From Promethearchaeota archaeon (GTDB taxonomy: Archaea > Asgardarchaeota > Lokiarchaeia > Sigyniarchaeales > SOKP01): a stretch of DNA of 64,000 bases. Under the pieces are notes generated by a model. It was not told where the DNA came from. It did not search any database and saw only the letters and a program-made list of their open reading frames with translations. Positions 59,793 to 64,000 of the stretch are shown here, one piece after another; the stretch's first letter is position 1, and each line of letters opens with the position of its first letter. The stretch is taken from NCBI GenBank assembly GCA_048941285.1, contig JBHLNS010000001.1, positions 132,878 through 196,877 on the forward strand, in the 5' to 3' direction. The position numbers and the translations under genes are program-made.

Positions 59793-61541
59793 TTATATAA
59801 CCATACTCACACCAATTGCATTTGAAAGTACGGAAGCAAAGAATATCTGAATTATACTAAATGAAATTAATACGATTGGATAGAATGATTTTACATTTTC
59901 AAAGATTTTTGTATTTAAAAGAATAACTAAAAAGAATATTAGAAACATAAATAAGACCGAAGGAAACAAGGAGAGCTTTTGGGTCATAAGCATCAAGCTG
60001 ATCATTATCATAACTGCTATAATTAATAAAACACTATTTTTATGCTTAATATAACTTAACTTTGGATAAATAATTTTTCTGAGTAGAATTTCAATTGCAA
60101 AGAATACAGGAAATACAAGATAACCTAAAACAAAATGGAAAACAAAATCAGAGGGCCAAATAAAACCAAATGGATAATAAAACGAAAACATCATATAATT
60201 AGCTATGAAATAAAAGACAGAACTTATTGTAAATATTAAATATTTCGAATTGAATTGTATTCTTATAAGACTCTTTAAATTATATTTATCTCTCATTAAT
60301 TTTGATTTTTTAAAGTATTTATGAAATCCCTTAAAAATAAAAATAACAATCATACTTATTGAACTATAAATAATTCCAATTATGCCAAAAATCTTTTCAA
60401 ATATTAGCCAATTTAATAGAAAACCTGTTGTATAGAGAATAACTTTAACAGATTCTTTTCTTTTATTTGATGTATTATTTAATAAATTATCCTGGAATAT
60501 ATCAAAATTCTCAGGTTCTTTTCTCTTTCTAAAAAAAATTCTACTTGAAACAGAAATCAATGAGATAAGCAGAGTAAATATTAATATAATATTCATAAAA
60601 ATTAATATATAATTAAGATAAAATGTGATAATTATTGGTCCATTCCTCATTGTAGATCCAAAAAAATGAAGCTCAAGCCAGTTAATTGATTTAATAAGAA
60701 CTTCATTAGTGAATAATTGGTGTGCTCCCCCAAGTAAGAATCCATAAACTGTAATTACGCTACAATTCGTTAAATCTTTTGCTTTCAAAGCGTTTTCAGA
60801 GTAGTCTAATATCTCATCATTGATATGGTGAATAATTAATAGATTTTGAGTATTTTCATTATTCAATAAATTGACGGGAATATAATTGGTGTTAAAATCT
60901 TCGTTAAAACCGAATTTAGGAGGAATAAAATTAACTAATGGAGCTAAGGCAACACTAACCTTAAAACGAGGATCTAAAGCCTGATTCATAAGAACAACCA
61001 TACCTCCAAGAGAATGCCCTATCAACCCAACTTGAGAAATATTTACATTTGAATAAAACGGTAAAGTTTCTAATTTATCCAATAATTTAGAACAGTCTTG
61101 AGCTAAAGCAGGAATACCTGTGTAAGGATTTATATTGTTTATATTGCCTCCGCTCTCACCATGACCTTGATAATCAAGTGCAGCGACATAATATCCTCTC
61201 TTAGTTACTTCAATCGGGATTCTAAGGTCGAAATCTCGTTTTGAGCCAATACCATGGCAATAAATTACTAATGGCCTTTTTTCTTGAAAATCTAACGTTT
61301 TAGAAGGATAATATAAATTTGCATAAAGCATTGCTCCTGATGACTCAAATTGAATTCGGTCATATTTCTCATAACTCATGATTTTATTAAAATGTAAAAA
61401 GGAGAGACTAAAAACTAAAACCAGTATGAAGATTAAAATTTTTTTAAGATCAGAATGATCTTTATTAGTCATCTCATCAACAATAATAAACTCAGTTTCT
61501 TCCAAAACTGTTGATTGTTTTTTGGAAATAATTACGATCAC
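59793..61541 (-). CDS. Membrane-anchored alpha/beta hydrolase with multi-TM C-terminus
   Basis: HGIGS, DYQGHGES, GHSLGG, catalytic D/H, several C-terminal TM helices. Start uncertain. Confidence 0.85.
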   Translation of the reverse strand: MIVIISKKQSTVLEETEFIIVDEMTNKDHSDLKKILIFILVLVFSLSFLHFNKIMSYEKYDRIQFESSGAMLYANLYYPSKTLDFQEKRPLVIYCHGIGSKRDFDLRIPIEVTKRGYYVAALDYQGHGESGGNINNINPYTGIPALAQDCSKLLDKLETLPFYSNVNISQVGLIGHSLGGMVVLMNQALDPRFKVSVALAPLVNFIPPKFGFNEDFNTNYIPVNLLNNENTQNLLIIHHINDEILDYSENALKAKDLTNCSVITVYGFLLGGAHQLFTNEVLIKSINWLELHFFGSTMRNGPIIITFYLNYILIFMNIILIFTLLISLISVSSRIFFRKRKEPENFDIFQDNLLNNTSNKRKESVKVILYTTGFLLNWLIFEKIFGIIGIIYSSISMIVIFIFKGFHKYFKKSKLMRDKYNLKSLIRIQFNSKYLIFTISSVFYFIANYMMFSFYYPFGFIWPSDFVFHFVLGYLVFPVFFAIEILLRKIIYPKLSYIKHKNSVLLIIAVMIMISLMLMTQKLSLFPSVLFMFLIFFLVILLNTKIFENVKSFYPIVLISFSIIQIFFASVLSNAIGVSMVI

Positions 61542-61692
61542 CTTTCACAAGAATTGAAATTTGCGAATCACAAGTGAAATGTGATCATCATCCTATTTAA
61601 ATGTTTTCATACTTTTTGAAATTTAGGAAAATATTAAAACATTTTTAAAAAAATAGAAATTTTGATTACTAATGGATAATGGATGAGAATAT

Positions 61693-61938
61693 TTAACGAC
61701 GGCCTCGAATTTTACGCGCTTCTCGTTCTACTTCTCTTAGTATTACAATATCATCCATTTTAATAGGTCCTTTTACATTTCGGGTTAGAATTCGATTTTT
61801 ATCTGGCCCTTCAAGAATTCGTACTTTGATCTGAGTAATTTCTCCAGTAAGCCCTGTACGTCCAATAACTTGAATAACTTGTGCTGGGATGGATGAATCA
61901 TCAACTGAAACTCCTTTTGACTTATCTAATTTAACCAC
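61693..61938 (-). CDS. rps28e: 30S ribosomal protein S28e
   Basis: [23 protein letters not shown]...DI..L.E.EREAR; GTG start after GGTGA. Confidence 0.96.
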   Translation of the reverse strand: MVKLDKSKGVSVDDSSIPAQVIQVIGRTGLTGEITQIKVRILEGPDKNRILTRNVKGPIKMDDIVILREVEREARKIRGRR

Positions 61939-61956
61939 ACTTAATCACCGATTATT

Positions 61957-62328
61957 TTACTTTTTAATTTCTTCTAATTTCTTAATCAGGTCATTTAAAA
62001 CACTATCATTTCCGGTTCCAGCATTTTCGATGGCAATAACACTAGAAGAGACATTAATTCTAACTGTGTTTCCAAGTTCTTTTTTAGTGGATAGATATCC
62101 ATAAGGGATTCCTTTTTCTTCACACAGTAGTGGGATATGAAAAAGGATTTCCGGAGGATTTACATCTTCAGCCATTACCACCAATTTTGCCTGAACTCGT
62201 TCAATTGATTTTGTAACTTCATTCATCCCTTTTCTTATCTTTGAATCTCTTGTTTCTGCTATTTGACCTAAAGCATTCTTAATTTGAGTTTTTAATTTAT
62301 CAGGAATCTTAATTTTAACGTAAGAAAT
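61957..62328 (-). CDS. rpl7ae: Ribosomal/RNP protein L7Ae (123 aa if initiated at ATT 62328)
   Basis: KG.NEVTK.IER..AKLVVMAEDV.P.EI..H.P.LC.EK.IPY. The frame extends upstream of the called ATG to (I)SYVKIKIPDKL. Confidence 0.9.
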   Translation of the reverse strand: MSYVKIKIPDKLKTQIKNALGQIAETRDSKIRKGMNEVTKSIERVQAKLVVMAEDVNPPEILFHIPLLCEEKGIPYGYLSTKKELGNTVRINVSSSVIAIENAGTGNDSVLNDLIKKLEEIKK

Positions 62329-62719
62329 TTTTAATCATCTCCTTCAAATATATTTAATTTTAGATATATTTTCATAAATCATCGATATGGTATGAAGACA
62401 GTAATAAAGGATATTAAATAAAATTTTTGATTTAATTTTGTTTTCATACATGAAAATCTGAAGGAAAATGCTATATTTGTCAATAAATAATTTAGCAAAT
62501 TACTAAGGATTTCAAATACGAAGTCAGTAGTATATCTTTTTTCAAATCTAAAAATAAACATTGCCTTAATAGTTCATTGAAATTCTAAAAAGATTAAAAT
62601 TGAACAATAAAATTTATATTACTAGTTTGCAAATCTTCCAATAAAAATAAAGATCCGAAATTCAATTATCGTTAAGAAAATAGCTTTTCAAAAAGAGGAT
62701 TATTAGTAGGGATAAAAAC

Positions 62720-64000
62720 ATGAGTAGAAAAACTAAATATTTTTTACCGATTTTAATTTTTTCATATCTTTCAGTAAGCATAATACATCGTTTTGATTTG
62801 TATTTCGTATGGATCTTTGGATGGCCATTAGTATATACGGCTTCTGCAGTTTATTTTAATGTTTTACATTCGTATTTTATTGGATGTTTTGCTTGGTCAA
62901 TTATAGCATATTATTTGGGTACGATTAATATAAAAAGATACAGAAAGGGAGTTAAGTCAATAATATTGTTTTATCCATTTTGGTTAGGTGTAAGTATTTT
63001 TTTGAGCTCTACAGGATTATCTTCATATTCTAATGCTTGGATAGTAATTCATGTTCTATTGCGTTTTTGGGTTGGTATAGGGCTTTTCATAGCCACTATT
63101 ATGGTAGTAAACTTCCTAGCATCTCGAATCTATAAACCTATTATTAAGAATAGATTATATAGAGCACCAATGGAATTAGATAAAATACCCTCAGAACCTA
63201 AATCATATTGGATAAGATTTGTTAATTTATCAGAAAAATATCAACTTAAGCTTTTTATATTCATCATATTAGTGATGGGAATATTTTTTATAGCATCCTC
63301 TATAATAGGTTCTGAAGGAATTACGTACCTCAGTTCTATATTTTTATTTTTTACACTTATAATTATCAATACTCTTTACGATATTAATTACTTATTTTCA
63401 AAAAGGGAAGATTCCATAGGTCACATTAAAATTAGGAAATCATGGCCTCCCTCAAATGAATTTGATAATCTTTTAAACAAATTTAGAGAATTAATCGATG
63501 AAGGAAATGATTCATATTCAAAAGAATCATATGAAGCAGCAATACAAAACTGGAGTAAAGCAGTTGAAATTTATTTACGTCTCTCCAATTTTGTGATACA
63601 ACAGAAAATGTTAGAAGTAAATCTCAATACTTTGAAAGAAAATTTAAATGATGCTTATAATGGGGCTGTTATAGTCCATCTTAAAAATGCTCAAGAGGCA
63701 TACAAAAATTTTGAATTAGAAACAGCTAGAAAAGAATGGAAATCTGCTATTAAAGATCTTTATTCTATACTTAGATTAAGAAAATTTGGAAAATCTAATA
63801 TAACTCGTAAAGAAATTATATCAAAAATAAAAGATATAAGCCCAAACCTTAAACGTTTGGAAATTGAAGTTATAATTGCAAAAGCAGATGAGGATCTAAA
63901 ATCTGCTCACGTATTACAAGACAAAGAATTAGCTAAAACAATTAATTTAACTGATAATATCATTCAAATTTATTCAAATGCTAAAAAAAAAGCCCAGAAT
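62720..64000 (+). CDS. Membrane protein with cytoplasmic TPR-like repeats, runs off the window end
   Basis: ATG at 62720, about 6 hydrophobic helices, then EGN..Y....YEAAIQNWSKA and A..AY....LETARKEWKSA. Confidence 0.7.
   Translation, partial: MSRKTKYFLPILIFSYLSVSIIHRFDLYFVWIFGWPLVYTASAVYFNVLHSYFIGCFAWSIIAYYLGTINIKRYRKGVKSIILFYPFWLGVSIFLSSTGLSSYSNAWIVIHVLLRFWVGIGLFIATIMVVNFLASRIYKPIIKNRLYRAPMELDKIPSEPKSYWIRFVNLSEKYQLKLFIFIILVMGIFFIASSIIGSEGITYLSSIFLFFTLIIINTLYDINYLFSKREDSIGHIKIRKSWPPSNEFDNLLNKFRELIDEGNDSYSKESYEAAIQNWSKAVEIYLRLSNFVIQQKMLEVNLNTLKENLNDAYNGAVIVHLKNAQEAYKNFELETARKEWKSAIKDLYSILRLRKFGKSNITRKEIISKIKDISPNLKRLEIEVIIAKADEDLKSAHVLQDKELAKTINLTDNIIQIYSNAKKKAQN

Noticed and set aside
5017-62561. 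Many 60-125 aa ORFs overlapping well-supported genes (e.g. 5017, 6999, 7578, 9027, 9152, 10899, 27262, 29858, 33755, 45432, 61889) and the lone ORF 62379-62561
   Set aside because: They are antisense or alternate-frame shadows, or AT-rich intergenic ORFs, with no recognisable motifs.

Overview
AT-rich archaeal chromosome segment, very likely from an Asgard archaeon of the Lokiarchaeia (Promethearchaeota). It carries archaeal information-processing genes (aIF5B, class I CCA enzyme, an EF-2-family gene, TYW1, TFB, the rpo7-spt4-DUF359-S24e-S27ae-kae1-bud32 cluster, S28e, L7Ae). These sit among many eukaryotic-signature proteins: three Rab-like GTPases, an Arf/Rag-like GTPase, two Roadblock/LC7 proteins and a gelsolin-domain protein. 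uvrAB and metabolic genes are also present. The main find is that the EF-2-family gene, split into two ORFs by the ORF caller, is one gene interrupted by a 30-nt insertion (9856-9885) with an in-frame TAA. The insertion folds with its flanks into a bulge-helix-bulge (BHB) motif. Cleavage at the canonical positions restores the motif TDSDDEEQERGITI, so this is a candidate tRNA-endonuclease-spliced mRNA intron in an Asgard translation factor. Other oddities are a probable ATT start for L7Ae, a winged-helix insertion in TYW1, a pseudo-GTPase/TPR giant protein and a CoA-transferase-GNAT fusion facing acs. No rRNA, tRNA, CRISPR array or transposase was recognised. All calls come from reading motifs by eye; no database search was run.
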